A DNA stretch of 64,000 nt from a virus (taxonomy: Duplodnaviria > Caudoviricetes): positions 130,646-194,645 of the IMG/VR virus record IMGVR_UViG_3300005611_000002. The stretch is one strand, 5' to 3'. The notes under the pieces were generated by a model. It searched no databases, was not told where the DNA came from, and saw nothing but the letters and a program-made list of their open reading frames with translations. This document shows positions 39,922 through 49,750 of this stretch, one piece after another (position 1 is the first letter of the stretch; each line of letters begins with the position of its first letter). The position numbers and the translations under genes are program-made.

Positions 39922-42459
39922 TTATGCAAAAAAGTCTTCGACTGTGTTGAGCTTTTCTGAAGACCAACCCAGAGCTTCAAGTATGTTTTCAAGCGGCTTG
40001 AGAAACACTTTGTCAAACTGCTTGTCGTAGTCTATATATTTCTCAAGAGCAAACTCTTTTGGAAGAACACCAGGAAACGAGATCATATTTTCTTGAATTG
40101 GGTTCGGCAACTTGAGATACACAAACTTTACCTTGTCTCCCGACTGAATTTGCTCATACTTTTTATCAAGTGATTTTTTACTCAAGAACTGGTTGTACAA
40201 AATGCAGCCTCGAACGTGCATTGGACAACCCTTCTTGTAACCACCACGAGGATCTTGATACTTCTTGATATTGTCAGTACCAGACGTCTTCGCGATCGCT
40301 TCTACGGGAAGACTACGAAACTCTTGGCGGAACTTTTCGATGAACTCTTGAGACGCTTCTTCGCCTTCGTTCATGATGACTTCAAATGCTTGTTTGAGCT
40401 TATCTCGACAAACTTCTGGAGTAGAAGAACGAACAGACTCAAGTCCGGTCACGGAAACTTTTGGCTTTTCATAGTGAACGCCTTCGGAGTTTAGCGTATT
40501 CATGATATAACGCTTTTTGGCAACGAACACCGATTTGTTTGTAATCTTTTCGCGTTTCATCACCATGGCATTACGATACGCACCCATCTTCTTTGCGAGC
40601 TCTTCGTAGCCTTTTTCTAGTACGCTTTCAATCTTTGTCGAGCAGACCTTGTCAAGAAACTCTTCGCCCTGCTCTCGCGTAATATCTACAGTACCAAAAA
40701 CACTCTTGACAAGAGGACCAAAGTCGACATAAATCGAGTCAGTGTCGATGTAAATAATATAGTCTTGATCTTCAGTCTTCAGAACCTTGTTCAAATATCC
40801 ATTGACAGATTTTTGAGCATATCGGATTGAAAGCTGACCAGACGTCGTAATCGCTTCGGCCATTTCACCAATATAATAGAGGAAGTAAATGTTTGCAGTA
40901 GCTCCATACAAAGAGTTCATCGCAATTTTGATAGCCATCTGAGAGTTATGAAGCTGGTTTGCTTCACGCTTAAGTTCTGCTTTTTTACGAGGATCTGACT
41001 CGTTCTCAAGAAGCTGTTCTACGCGAAGCATTTCTTGCTTGATTTTCTTACGGTTACCATAGTACTCGTCAATGATCTCTGGAATGATACCAAGCTTTTC
41101 GTTCGTGAAGTGAACTCCGTTTGCGCATACAGAATGATCTTTGTTGGCGTTTTGAAACTGATCGTTCAAGACCATTTCTTGAGTAACATAGGTTCGTTCG
41201 TCTTCGATGTAAGTCTCTGGTGACATGTTATACTGTAACATGAGGTGAGGATACAGAGAGTTCAAATCGAAAGATACTACCCAAGGATGCATACCAACTT
41301 TTGGATCTTTGACATATCCACCGACGAGTTCATTGCCTCTTTCTCCTGGGCTTCCCTTGAGAAACGGAACTATCTTTTTATCCATCAGCTTACGATAGAT
41401 CGTAGACTCCCAGATACCAACTGTGCCAAATGCATCGTTGAAGTTCACACCGCCACCATAAGCAACAGTCATGACCAACGCAAGTAGGCCAGTTTCATCT
41501 TCCATACGTTCAACGAGCCGAGTATCCTGAAGGTTGTAGTCAAGATAAAGTTGTGGATTTTTTTCATAGAGTTCAGTCAGCCCGCCATACTCGGAATAGT
41601 CAAGTTTCTTTTCACCGAGGACGACATGCGCGATATGATCAAGTTTGTAGGACTCTTGAGGTCCATACTTGTAACCAAACTTCTTAAATGCATCCATGTA
41701 GTCAATCACAGACACGCCAGAGATGGCATAAGTAGATTGAGCCTTACCAAAGATCTCGTTTGTGATCTTACGAACATTTCCCCACGGTGAGAACTTCTTG
41801 ATGTAAGCTTCACCAAAAATGTTTTGAATACGAGTAATGATGTATTGAATATCGAAGTATTGGACGTTCCATCCAGTAACGATGTCAGGATAATCATTCA
41901 TCCAGATCTGAACAAATCGACGAAGAAGTTCGGCTTCGGAGTCGAATTTCATGAACGTAATATTTTCTGGATCAATACCGGTGATCGTCTTATACTTGTC
42001 ATAGTCTTTACGACCAAGAAGATGATATGTGTCTGATTTCGAAGACTTATATGCAATAGATGTAATTTCTTTGTCTGCTTGTTCAATATCAGCGTAGCCA
42101 TCACTAATATCGACTTCGATGTCAAAAGATACGATGTTGATAAGACTTGGATCGAAAGTGATGTGACCTGGATAATTTTCTTGAATATACTGTGTCACAT
42201 AGTTTGTGGTTCCGCACACAGAAAAGTTACCAACATCCTTGTACTGATCCACAAATGCTTTAGCTTCTGACATAGAGTCAAAACTTACTGGAGCCACTGG
42301 ATTTTCATCAATCAAAGTTTTGTATTCTGTTTGTTCTCGAGTAGGAACAAAAAGTGTCGGGGCAAAGTTTACGCTTTCTGAGTATCGCTTACCGTTGCGA
42401 TAGCCTCTACAAAGCAAACTATTACCGCGACGCTCTACAGACGTGTAGAAGTCTTTCAT
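39922..42459 (-). CDS. gp43: Family B DNA polymerase gp43
   Basis: FDIE exonuclease motif, DLNSLYP, K...NSLYG, YIDTDS. Confidence 0.98.
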   Translation of the reverse strand: MKDFYTSVERRGNSLLCRGYRNGKRYSESVNFAPTLFVPTREQTEYKTLIDENPVAPVSFDSMSEAKAFVDQYKDVGNFSVCGTTNYVTQYIQENYPGHITFDPSLINIVSFDIEVDISDGYADIEQADKEITSIAYKSSKSDTYHLLGRKDYDKYKTITGIDPENITFMKFDSEAELLRRFVQIWMNDYPDIVTGWNVQYFDIQYIITRIQNIFGEAYIKKFSPWGNVRKITNEIFGKAQSTYAISGVSVIDYMDAFKKFGYKYGPQESYKLDHIAHVVLGEKKLDYSEYGGLTELYEKNPQLYLDYNLQDTRLVERMEDETGLLALVMTVAYGGGVNFNDAFGTVGIWESTIYRKLMDKKIVPFLKGSPGERGNELVGGYVKDPKVGMHPWVVSFDLNSLYPHLMLQYNMSPETYIEDERTYVTQEMVLNDQFQNANKDHSVCANGVHFTNEKLGIIPEIIDEYYGNRKKIKQEMLRVEQLLENESDPRKKAELKREANQLHNSQMAIKIAMNSLYGATANIYFLYYIGEMAEAITTSGQLSIRYAQKSVNGYLNKVLKTEDQDYIIYIDTDSIYVDFGPLVKSVFGTVDITREQGEEFLDKVCSTKIESVLEKGYEELAKKMGAYRNAMVMKREKITNKSVFVAKKRYIMNTLNSEGVHYEKPKVSVTGLESVRSSTPEVCRDKLKQAFEVIMNEGEEASQEFIEKFRQEFRSLPVEAIAKTSGTDNIKKYQDPRGGYKKGCPMHVRGCILYNQFLSKKSLDKKYEQIQSGDKVKFVYLKLPNPIQENMISFPGVLPKEFALEKYIDYDKQFDKVFLKPLENILEALGWSSEKLNTVEDFFA

Positions 42460-42518
42460 AATGATCCTTTCATGTTGTGATAATAATACTGTATACTACA
42501 GATCAGAATTTGTCAACC

Positions 42519-44231
42519 TCAAAATGCAATCTGGCTGAAGTTTTTGACTTTTTCAAATCGAATGTGTGAGTCAAACTTTTCTCCAAATTGTTCACCTCGA
42601 TGGCTGATAACGAAAATGTTATCGTTGTTGTTGAGACCGTGGAGTGTGTCGATTAGGTTCTCGATACCGATACTGTCGAGTGCACCGTCAAGTGTTTCGT
42701 CGAGTAACAAAAGGTTGGTCGATGTTGAGTTTCTCAGCTTTGCGACTGACCTCCACGCAAGCATGATTGAAAGTGTAATGCGTAACTTCTCGCCTTCCGA
42801 GAATGAAGCATACGAGAACGTGTCACGAAAACGAGATTTGATTACTTCGTTGAAACTCTCGTCAAGATGGAAGTCAACAAAAAGATCAAATGCTGCAAGA
42901 TACTTATTGATCAGCTTATTCATTACCGGCACATATTGCCGAATGATTCGAGTCTTGATACCACCATCTTTTAGCATTGTAGAGACAACACTCATAGTAT
43001 CTCGATGATCGAGAAGTTTCTTGTGATCATCTTGCATGGTCTTGAGTTCTTTTTCAAATGCTTTTAACTTTTTTGTATCAACTTCTTCGACTTCTTTTTC
43101 AGCTGCATCGAGTTCATCCTTCGCAGAAACAAGAGCGTTCTTTGACATCTTGATCTGCGCTCGATGCTCACCGATAGTCAAGTTTTTCTGCTGTATCTGA
43201 TCTTCGACCGAAGAGATCTCTTCAACGCGTGTTTCGATCTCTTTGATTTTTTCGATGATCTTTTTCATACCATCTTCAAGTTCAACCTTCTTAGTATTTT
43301 TCTCTTCTACAATTGTTTCTTTGAAGTCATGCGCGATGCCTTGTTTACATGTTGGGCAATTGTCATTGTCATGATAGAACTTGAGTTCCTTGTTATAGTT
43401 ACGAAGATTTGTATCAAGTTCACTCTTTAAGCTTTTTGCTTTTTCAAGTTTGCTTTTAGCAGACGCTTTATCCGATATGGTTTCGATCAGAGCTTGTATC
43501 TCTTCTTGAATTGTTTCGATTTGTTCTTTTTCACTTTCGATCTTTTGAATATGCTCCTGCATGCGATCGCGAATTTTATTGGCTTCAGTTTCTCGGATCT
43601 TACGAATAGACTCGTTGTGTTCTTTTGCTGAGTCGATTTTTGATTCCAGAATGTCCATCTTGTAGCTGTTGTCTGTAATATCGTCTTTGTTTTGAGACAT
43701 ACGCTCTTTCAGAAGAATGTTCATGGTACTAAAGACTTGAATGTCAAGTAGGTCTTCAATAATTTGACGACGTGCACCAGCAGATAGTTCCATAAAAGGA
43801 ACATATGTGGCACTACCAAGTACCACAATCTGATTGAATGATTTCTGATTGATACCAAGTATGTCTTGTTCAAGATAAGTCTGGTAGTCTCGCTTTGCAG
43901 ACTCTTGATCTACGAGTTGACCGTCACGGTAGATTTCAAATATTCCAGGGCGAATACCTCTGCGCACGCAATAATCACTTTGACCAACAGCGAACTCGAT
44001 CTCGACTAATAGATCTTTTTGATTGATTGAGTTCAACAGCTGTGGCTTATTGATTTTGCGGTGCGCTTTACCAAATAATGAAAATACTATAGCATCTAAT
44101 AAGCTTGATTTCCCACTACCGTTTGAACCGCTGATTAGTGTAGTGGTATGTCTATCTAAATCAATTTCGGTGAAAACGTTTCCGGTGGCTAAAAAGTTTT
44201 TATACCGCACCTTTTTAAAATTGATTCTCAT
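42519..44231 (-). CDS. gp46: Recombination ATPase gp46 (Rad50/SbcC-like)
   Basis: GSNGSGKS, CPTC hook, FSEGE, LLDE, ISH. Confidence 0.96.
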   Translation of the reverse strand: MRINFKKVRYKNFLATGNVFTEIDLDRHTTTLISGSNGSGKSSLLDAIVFSLFGKAHRKINKPQLLNSINQKDLLVEIEFAVGQSDYCVRRGIRPGIFEIYRDGQLVDQESAKRDYQTYLEQDILGINQKSFNQIVVLGSATYVPFMELSAGARRQIIEDLLDIQVFSTMNILLKERMSQNKDDITDNSYKMDILESKIDSAKEHNESIRKIRETEANKIRDRMQEHIQKIESEKEQIETIQEEIQALIETISDKASAKSKLEKAKSLKSELDTNLRNYNKELKFYHDNDNCPTCKQGIAHDFKETIVEEKNTKKVELEDGMKKIIEKIKEIETRVEEISSVEDQIQQKNLTIGEHRAQIKMSKNALVSAKDELDAAEKEVEEVDTKKLKAFEKELKTMQDDHKKLLDHRDTMSVVSTMLKDGGIKTRIIRQYVPVMNKLINKYLAAFDLFVDFHLDESFNEVIKSRFRDTFSYASFSEGEKLRITLSIMLAWRSVAKLRNSTSTNLLLLDETLDGALDSIGIENLIDTLHGLNNNDNIFVISHRGEQFGEKFDSHIRFEKVKNFSQIAF

Positions 44232-45292
44232 TCAATACTCATTGCCTCTATATAAAGTTCATCAACTAACTTTTTGATTTGATCTCTGTTGATTTTTGTT
44301 TCAATTGTTTCAATATAGTTATGAAGTATATCTTTTGTATCTTGAGTTTCATCAAGAATTTCATCAACACCAGCAGACTCCAAATTGAGTGAGTCGTCAA
44401 TTGCTTTGACGTCAGCTGCACCAGAGTCCGATAGCTTATTGAGAAATAGATCATAGATGTACGCGTTTGTTCGATTTTTGACAATGACTTTGATATAAGT
44501 ATCTCTGAACATGGATGTATCAAGTGAAGCAATATCTTCAATCGTCATATCAACATCGTCGTAATCAAGCTTGTAGAAGACTCGATGGGGGTTTTCGATC
44601 CATTCTATATTACGAGACTCTGTATCAAAAACATGAAAACCGCGTTTGCCATCATAGTCAGTCCAGGTCATTTCATATTGAGCGCCGAGATACTTGATAT
44701 TGCCATATTCTGAAGGATGGTGAAAGTGCCCAGAATATACGGCTTCAAAGCTTGATAGGAAATTCTTATCTAAGCCATGGTCACAAATAGTACCTCGCAT
44801 CATCTCGAAACCCTGAATCTCAAGGTGTCCCATCAAGATTGGAGCCTTTGTTTCTGATATCGCTTGAAAACAAGCATCCGAATTACTTTTAGTAATCCAT
44901 GGCACCATTATAATCTGAGTTGATCCAAATGTCAACTCTTTTGGTTCGTGTTCATAGAAATGAAAGTTACTATACTCTTTCAGAAGTAAAGACATCGAGT
45001 TCACTTCATTGGTATTTGTATAGTAAACACTATGATTACCAACTATTGCATGATACTCGATATTTCGCTTTGACATTTCATCGAAGAAAAACTCTTTTGC
45101 TTTCTTGAGAGTTACATAATTGATGTACTTTCTTCGATCAAATGTATCTCCAAGATCAAGGACTACTCGAATATTGTGCTCATCTAGGTACGGAAAGAAA
45201 ATATTTTCAAAAAACCTTTGTTGATGATCTAGAAATACACGAGAGTCTCCCCTGCATCCGAGATGACTGTCATTAACTATCGCTAGCTTCAA
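44228..45292 (-). CDS. gp47: Recombination nuclease gp47 (Mre11/SbcD-like)
   Basis: DSHLG, LGD.FD.R, GNH, SGHFH metallophosphoesterase motifs. Confidence 0.95.
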   Translation of the reverse strand: MKLAIVNDSHLGCRGDSRVFLDHQQRFFENIFFPYLDEHNIRVVLDLGDTFDRRKYINYVTLKKAKEFFFDEMSKRNIEYHAIVGNHSVYYTNTNEVNSMSLLLKEYSNFHFYEHEPKELTFGSTQIIMVPWITKSNSDACFQAISETKAPILMGHLEIQGFEMMRGTICDHGLDKNFLSSFEAVYSGHFHHPSEYGNIKYLGAQYEMTWTDYDGKRGFHVFDTESRNIEWIENPHRVFYKLDYDDVDMTIEDIASLDTSMFRDTYIKVIVKNRTNAYIYDLFLNKLSDSGAADVKAIDDSLNLESAGVDEILDETQDTKDILHNYIETIETKINRDQIKKLVDELYIEAMSIE

Positions 45293-45798
45293 GTATCACT
45301 TTCCTTCTTTTTTGCTGGTAAATTTTTGTCTTCAAAATCTTCAATGAATTGATTGATATAATCTGCGCTCGTATTCAAATTCAATTGTATCTCGTTTGAA
45401 TCATATGTACCACCAGTAGCGATCATACTCTGTGAAGACTTGAAGCGAATATACATCTGCTTCTTTTCCTTTGCAATCCTTCGAAGAAAAGCATACCAAA
45501 TGATCTGCGTAAAGTAAGCAAATGGGTTCTGTGATTTTTCTGGATCGAAATTATGCATGTATTGTAGACAGTTTTCGATACCATCCGATATCATATCTTC
45601 TTTGTATGAATAGCCTGAAAAGTTTGGTTTTGTTGCAAGTCTTGTTGCTATTTGATAAATGCACTTACCTATATAATCTGGAACTCTTGGCTTTTCATCT
45701 CCACAGTCTTCAGCTTCTGCGCAAGCCTTTTTGTATTGAATCATCGCTTCCAATAAATCTTTGTTGTTGACGTAATTTCTTTTTGCTCTTTTTGCCAT
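45289..45798 (-). CDS. gp55: Late sigma factor gp55
   Basis: YVNNK, PNF.GYSY.EDMISDGIENC, NPFAYFTQI...AF.RRI.KEK. Confidence 0.96.
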   Translation of the reverse strand: MAKRAKRNYVNNKDLLEAMIQYKKACAEAEDCGDEKPRVPDYIGKCIYQIATRLATKPNFSGYSYKEDMISDGIENCLQYMHNFDPEKSQNPFAYFTQIIWYAFLRRIAKEKKQMYIRFKSSQSMIATGGTYDSNEIQLNLNTSADYINQFIEDFEDKNLPAKKKESDT

Positions 45799-45998
45799 GC
45801 AATAATCCTTTTATACTAATATAGATTTATAGTATCATATGTTTTTGTGTTTGTCAACAAACTTTTTTTGTTCCAGATCAAACTTTTTAGTTGACAAATT
45901 CTGGTAATGTGGTATAATAGATTTATCTCAAACAAACTATTAAAGTGATTCTGATTCAGTAAAACAAGGGTTCGTAAGACTTGAGCAAGCTCAAGGAA

Positions 45999-47489
45999 TC
46001 AAATATCCACTGTGTAGATACGAAACGGGAACTGCTCTGAAGAGTAGATCTCAATGCGTTTACGAAAATGATTTAGTGTGTAGTTGCTGAATGAACCAAC
46101 ACTCAGATCATCAGCAATATCGTAAAGAGTAGCTTTATCCGAGCCATTACCTTTCCGAAGAGTACGACCGATTGATTGAAGTACTTTAATTTCAGATTTA
46201 GAACCAGATGCAAAAATCACATTGTCAAGTCGCTTGAGGTTGACTCCAGTTGAGAAAACACCATATGAAGCTAGTATGTCATGCTGCTTGATAGGATCAT
46301 TTTCAATCAAATGTCGAATTCGTTCACGTTCATCTCCACTAACACCGCCATATATGAAGTGAAGCTGACGATCGTCTCTCTTGAGCATTGGTTCAAGTAT
46401 TTTACCATGTTTCTCAACGAGATCAAAGAGTACAAGATTGTTCTGATCTTTGAGTGACCAGAGAAGATTTCGAATGAAAATGTTTCGCTTTTCGTGATTG
46501 ACAAGATACTCTCGCTCCGCGGGATAGCGCTTTGCCTTGTTTTGCACACTCTTCATGGCAGTTTTGAATTTGTTGCGAGAGTCTGCTGAGTGTGACAAAA
46601 CGATAGCCTTGATGTTGAAGTCTGCGACTGTCCCCTGATCCATGAGATCTTTTGTTTTGACTACGCGTTTGACAGAACCGAAGCATCCTTCAAGTACAAG
46701 ATGGTGCACCTTACTATCAGAAGATATTGTACCAGTGAAGCCGTGGCGATACTTACAGTCTGTAAGCTTTTCCATAATCTTCTGTAAAGAATTTGCTTTA
46801 AATAAGTGAGCCTCGTCACCAAGTACTACGCCAAATTGGTCAAACCAGTCTTTTGGAAGCTTTGCCAAAGATTGCCAAGTGCTCACGACGATTGGTGAAG
46901 ATGTGTTCTTATCTACACCACCCTGAATCTTGTAAATATTGCTTGGATCGCATCCATAGTCTACGAAATCTCCAGCCATCTGATGCACGAGAGAAATAGT
47001 TGGTACAATGATAAGAGTTCGTAGACCAAGAGTATGATAGTAGTGTTGCTGAATGAGATAAATAATGAGTGACTTACCAGAGGAAGTTGGCGAAAGAGAA
47101 AGCGAACGACGATTCCGAAGAGCATTTACGATGTACTCGTTCTGGTAGTCTCTTGGTGTAAATTTACAGCCGATGTCCTTTGCTATCTCATAGCCGTAGT
47201 TATCATCAATATCTTCTGGTTTTGCTAGTTCTGGCGGCGCGACTAGTTCATACTCACGCTCTTTACAAAACTTTTCGAGATAAGGAAGTAGACCAACGTA
47301 GAGCATAGGTTTCATGGGTTGGAAAAGTCTGATGTATCCATCCCACACTCTTGCTTTGAATTTTGGCGAAAACTGATAACCTGGAGGCCTGAATGAAAAG
47401 TAATTCATAATCTCTTGACGAGTGCCTGGATCTGATGTTACTTTCATGTAGACTTCATTGTACGGTTCAATTAGTACTTGTTCTGTCAT
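45999..47489 (-). CDS. uvsW: DNA helicase UvsW
   Basis: PRDYQ, PTSSGKS, DEAH, STGVN, LQSIGR.LR motifs. Confidence 0.96.
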   Translation of the reverse strand: MTEQVLIEPYNEVYMKVTSDPGTRQEIMNYFSFRPPGYQFSPKFKARVWDGYIRLFQPMKPMLYVGLLPYLEKFCKEREYELVAPPELAKPEDIDDNYGYEIAKDIGCKFTPRDYQNEYIVNALRNRRSLSLSPTSSGKSLIIYLIQQHYYHTLGLRTLIIVPTISLVHQMAGDFVDYGCDPSNIYKIQGGVDKNTSSPIVVSTWQSLAKLPKDWFDQFGVVLGDEAHLFKANSLQKIMEKLTDCKYRHGFTGTISSDSKVHHLVLEGCFGSVKRVVKTKDLMDQGTVADFNIKAIVLSHSADSRNKFKTAMKSVQNKAKRYPAEREYLVNHEKRNIFIRNLLWSLKDQNNLVLFDLVEKHGKILEPMLKRDDRQLHFIYGGVSGDERERIRHLIENDPIKQHDILASYGVFSTGVNLKRLDNVIFASGSKSEIKVLQSIGRTLRKGNGSDKATLYDIADDLSVGSFSNYTLNHFRKRIEIYSSEQFPFRIYTVDI

Positions 47490-47520
47490 AACTTATATCT
47501 CACTAAAATTCCCCTGCCAT

Positions 47521-48174
47521 CTATTTATATTTGCAGTTATCCATATGCCATCTAGCCATAGAATTACCTCTACCTTCCTTTCCGCAGTGTGGACATTTAT
47601 ATTCCTTAAATTTCATACTTTTTCTTGGCTTGCTGAGATTTTTTCTCCATTCTTCAGAACGAATTCCGCGTCCTTCTGGCCAAATTTTTTTACCTTTCAT
47701 TTTCTTGCTGTGTTCTAATGAAGCTCTTTTTTGATTTTCAGTGCGATTTTCTCCTTTGAGCTTTTGCGTCGAATTATCGCTCATGGTATAAGTTGATCCT
47801 AATTCTCTTGGAATTTTTCTGTGTTTTTTAGGATCCAAACCTCTTCTGATATAACCTTCATCACTCTGAAAATTTACATATTCTGTTTGATTTTCATAAA
47901 TATTTTTATCAATACGTACTAGATCTCCTTTAGGGCCAACTGCAGTTATTGAATTTTGTAAATGATGCGTTCCTTTATTTACCTTTTCTTTCTGCAGTTC
48001 GCCTCCCACGAAGGGATGATCTGGAAATGTTTCTTTATCCCAAGTAGCAAACCCATTGGATAGACTTTCATCTCTTATTTTCTGTTGAAATTCTGCGTTA
48101 ATTTCGGCTAATGTTTCTTGTGGTAAACTTTCCACATTCAGAAACTCGCTTATTACGTCTTTATAAATAATCAT
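47521..48174 (-). CDS. Homing-endonuclease-like protein (NUMOD3-like repeats, C-terminal CPHC zinc finger)
   Basis: HS..MKGK, SEEW..NLSK, CPHCGKEG....M.RWH..NC; no clear catalytic motif seen; has the shared leader. Confidence 0.55.
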   Translation of the reverse strand: MIIYKDVISEFLNVESLPQETLAEINAEFQQKIRDESLSNGFATWDKETFPDHPFVGGELQKEKVNKGTHHLQNSITAVGPKGDLVRIDKNIYENQTEYVNFQSDEGYIRRGLDPKKHRKIPRELGSTYTMSDNSTQKLKGENRTENQKRASLEHSKKMKGKKIWPEGRGIRSEEWRKNLSKPRKSMKFKEYKCPHCGKEGRGNSMARWHMDNCKYK

Positions 48175-48249
48175 GCTGGAACTCCTCTGTTGTTCTAGAG
48201 TAGGCAGGGATTCTTGGCGGTCTCCCGTGGCCTACATGACTTATTTATA
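48172..48249 (-). promoter_or_regulatory. Conserved endonuclease-gene leader, copy 3
   Basis: TATAAATA then GTAGGC-CAC-GGGA-loop-TCCC-T-GCCTAC-TCTA ... GAGGAG..CAGCATG. Confidence 0.7.
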
Positions 48250-48254
48250 AAGCA

Positions 48255-48701
48255 TCAAAATTCTCCAGCTTGAAAACGCAGCATGTCAATCATTGACTTG
48301 ATTACGAAGTTCCTATTATTTATTTGGCGGATAATGCTTTCAAGATAGTTGGCTTGCTCTTCGTGAAAGGCGATCTTGAGACTCAGATTGATCACGTCTT
48401 TATCGCTCTGTATGTATCTATCAAGATCGTTTCGAAGTATCTTGAGCGGATTTGGCTTCCAACCGCGTTCCTTGAGTTCTTCTTCACACATTGAACCGTT
48501 GTAGTACTCAATCTTTGCTCGTTCGAGTTCTTTTAGGTCAGACTTGAGTTTCTTGACTCGAAGTGCTTCCTTGAAGAAAAGATTGTAGTATTTGCTATGA
48601 AGTTCTGGAATTCTTCTTGCTTCGCTTACAAGGTTTGCTTCGTCAATTTTGCAGTCCTTCGACCACATTGTATTGATATCGTCAGTCATTAATTCCTCCA
48701 T
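48255..48701 (-). CDS. uvsY: Recombination mediator UvsY
   Basis: W..D..ID, IP.LHSKY, I..R.F.IK..ID..RF.AG motifs; next to uvsW. Confidence 0.9.
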   Translation of the reverse strand: MEELMTDDINTMWSKDCKIDEANLVSEARRIPELHSKYYNLFFKEALRVKKLKSDLKELERAKIEYYNGSMCEEELKERGWKPNPLKILRNDLDRYIQSDKDVINLSLKIAFHEEQANYLESIIRQINNRNFVIKSMIDMLRFQAGEF

Positions 48702-48740
48702 TACAAATAATACCGATTATATCACAACAAGAATGAAATG

Positions 48741-49229
48741 TCAACTAATACTTGTGATGTCAAAATAGTTGTATCGGAATGTGACTGTCGCTTCTGGATA
48801 TATGACGTCATTCTGCGTGGTATCCAGTGTTACTTCTGAAAGACTGATTGGAAAACAATCACGATAGTCTATTAATAAAGAAGGGTTCTTGTGACTATTG
48901 AGTACCTTGATCGAGATATCAGACTTGAGACCATTTTGACTTGCTGCAAGGTTCTTGTACTGATCAAAGTTTTCTGGAAACGAGTATCCTTTGATCCAAT
49001 TGAAAATTTCGAGGTAGTTCGTCATGCCTTCATCTACTACGAACGATAAATTCAGATCATCATAGTTCAGTCGATCTCCACCTTCGAATGTAGGCTTGAA
49101 TGGAGTTGGATGCTCGATTGGATTTACAGAGATACCCGGTATCGAAGTCCTTTGAGTGAAAAACTCAACACTTGGTAGTCTCTTGACCGTGATGATAAAC
49201 TCAAGTGGAGAAAGATAGTTCGTAATCAT
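48741..49229 (-). CDS. gp3: Tail completion / sheath stabiliser gp3
   Basis: NYLSP..F, VEFF.Q...IPG, F.VDE...NY.EI..W, FP.SL motifs; late promoter at 49268-49275 (-). Confidence 0.88.
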   Translation of the reverse strand: MITNYLSPLEFIITVKRLPSVEFFTQRTSIPGISVNPIEHPTPFKPTFEGGDRLNYDDLNLSFVVDEGMTNYLEIFNWIKGYSFPENFDQYKNLAASQNGLKSDISIKVLNSHKNPSLLIDYRDCFPISLSEVTLDTTQNDVIYPEATVTFRYNYFDITSIS

Positions 49230-49241
49230 TCAATTTTCCTG

Positions 49242-49270
49242 TTGACATTTGTGCCGAATCGTATTACTAT
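49242..49270 (+). promoter_or_regulatory. Sigma70-type early promoter with GAATC in the spacer
   Basis: TTGACA-17 nt-TACTAT. Confidence 0.7.
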
Positions 49271-49292
49271 TTATATTGAAAGGTAGGAACAC

Positions 49293-49457
49293 ATGTCGGA
49301 TCCACTTCTAGCCATCATACTGATTATATCATTTGTAATCTTGATCCGCGGTACTCTGCTGGTCTTCAGTCAGAACTTTTGGCTCGCACTGCTGATGTTG
49401 TTTCTGCTGCCTCCGCTTTTGTTCTTCTGGATTGTTTTGAAAGGAATTTTTGGTTGA
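49293..49457 (+). CDS. Small membrane protein (54 aa)
   Basis: Read by hand: MSDPLLAIILIISFVILIRG...FFWIVLKGIFG; two hydrophobic segments; AGGA RBS. Confidence 0.65.
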   Translation: MSDPLLAIILIISFVILIRGTLLVFSQNFWLALLMLFLLPPLLFFWIVLKGIFG

Positions 49458-49515
49458 CAAACGCAGAGAATCAGTATATACTAATAATAGGTAAAACGAA
49501 AGGAACCTACCTATG
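49453..49515 (+). repeat. Early promoter-stem-loop-RBS cassette, copy 3
   Basis: GTTGACAAACGCAGAGAATCAGTATATACTAATAATAGGTAAAACGAAAGGAACCTACCTATG. Confidence 0.85.
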
Positions 49516-49713
49516 ATGACCTTCAACGAATACAACGAAGCAACCAACTCGATCAAGCCCGTTATGATCCACAAGTCATTCAACGGCTACATGTTGTATA
49601 CTCCTGAAGGTCGTCTGCTCGATGAGTTTACATCCGCAGGTCCTTTCGTTGACTTCGATTCCGCAAAGCGGAATGCTGAGATGAATGTTGGCGTCAGCGT
49701 CAACTTCATCTAA
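49513..49713 (+). CDS. Hypothetical early protein
   Basis: Starts at the cassette ATG. Confidence 0.7.
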   Translation: MMTFNEYNEATNSIKPVMIHKSFNGYMLYTPEGRLLDEFTSAGPFVDFDSAKRNAEMNVGVSVNFI

Positions 49714-49750
49714 TTCTTCGAAGTATAAATACTGAGAAAAAGAGGTTATC

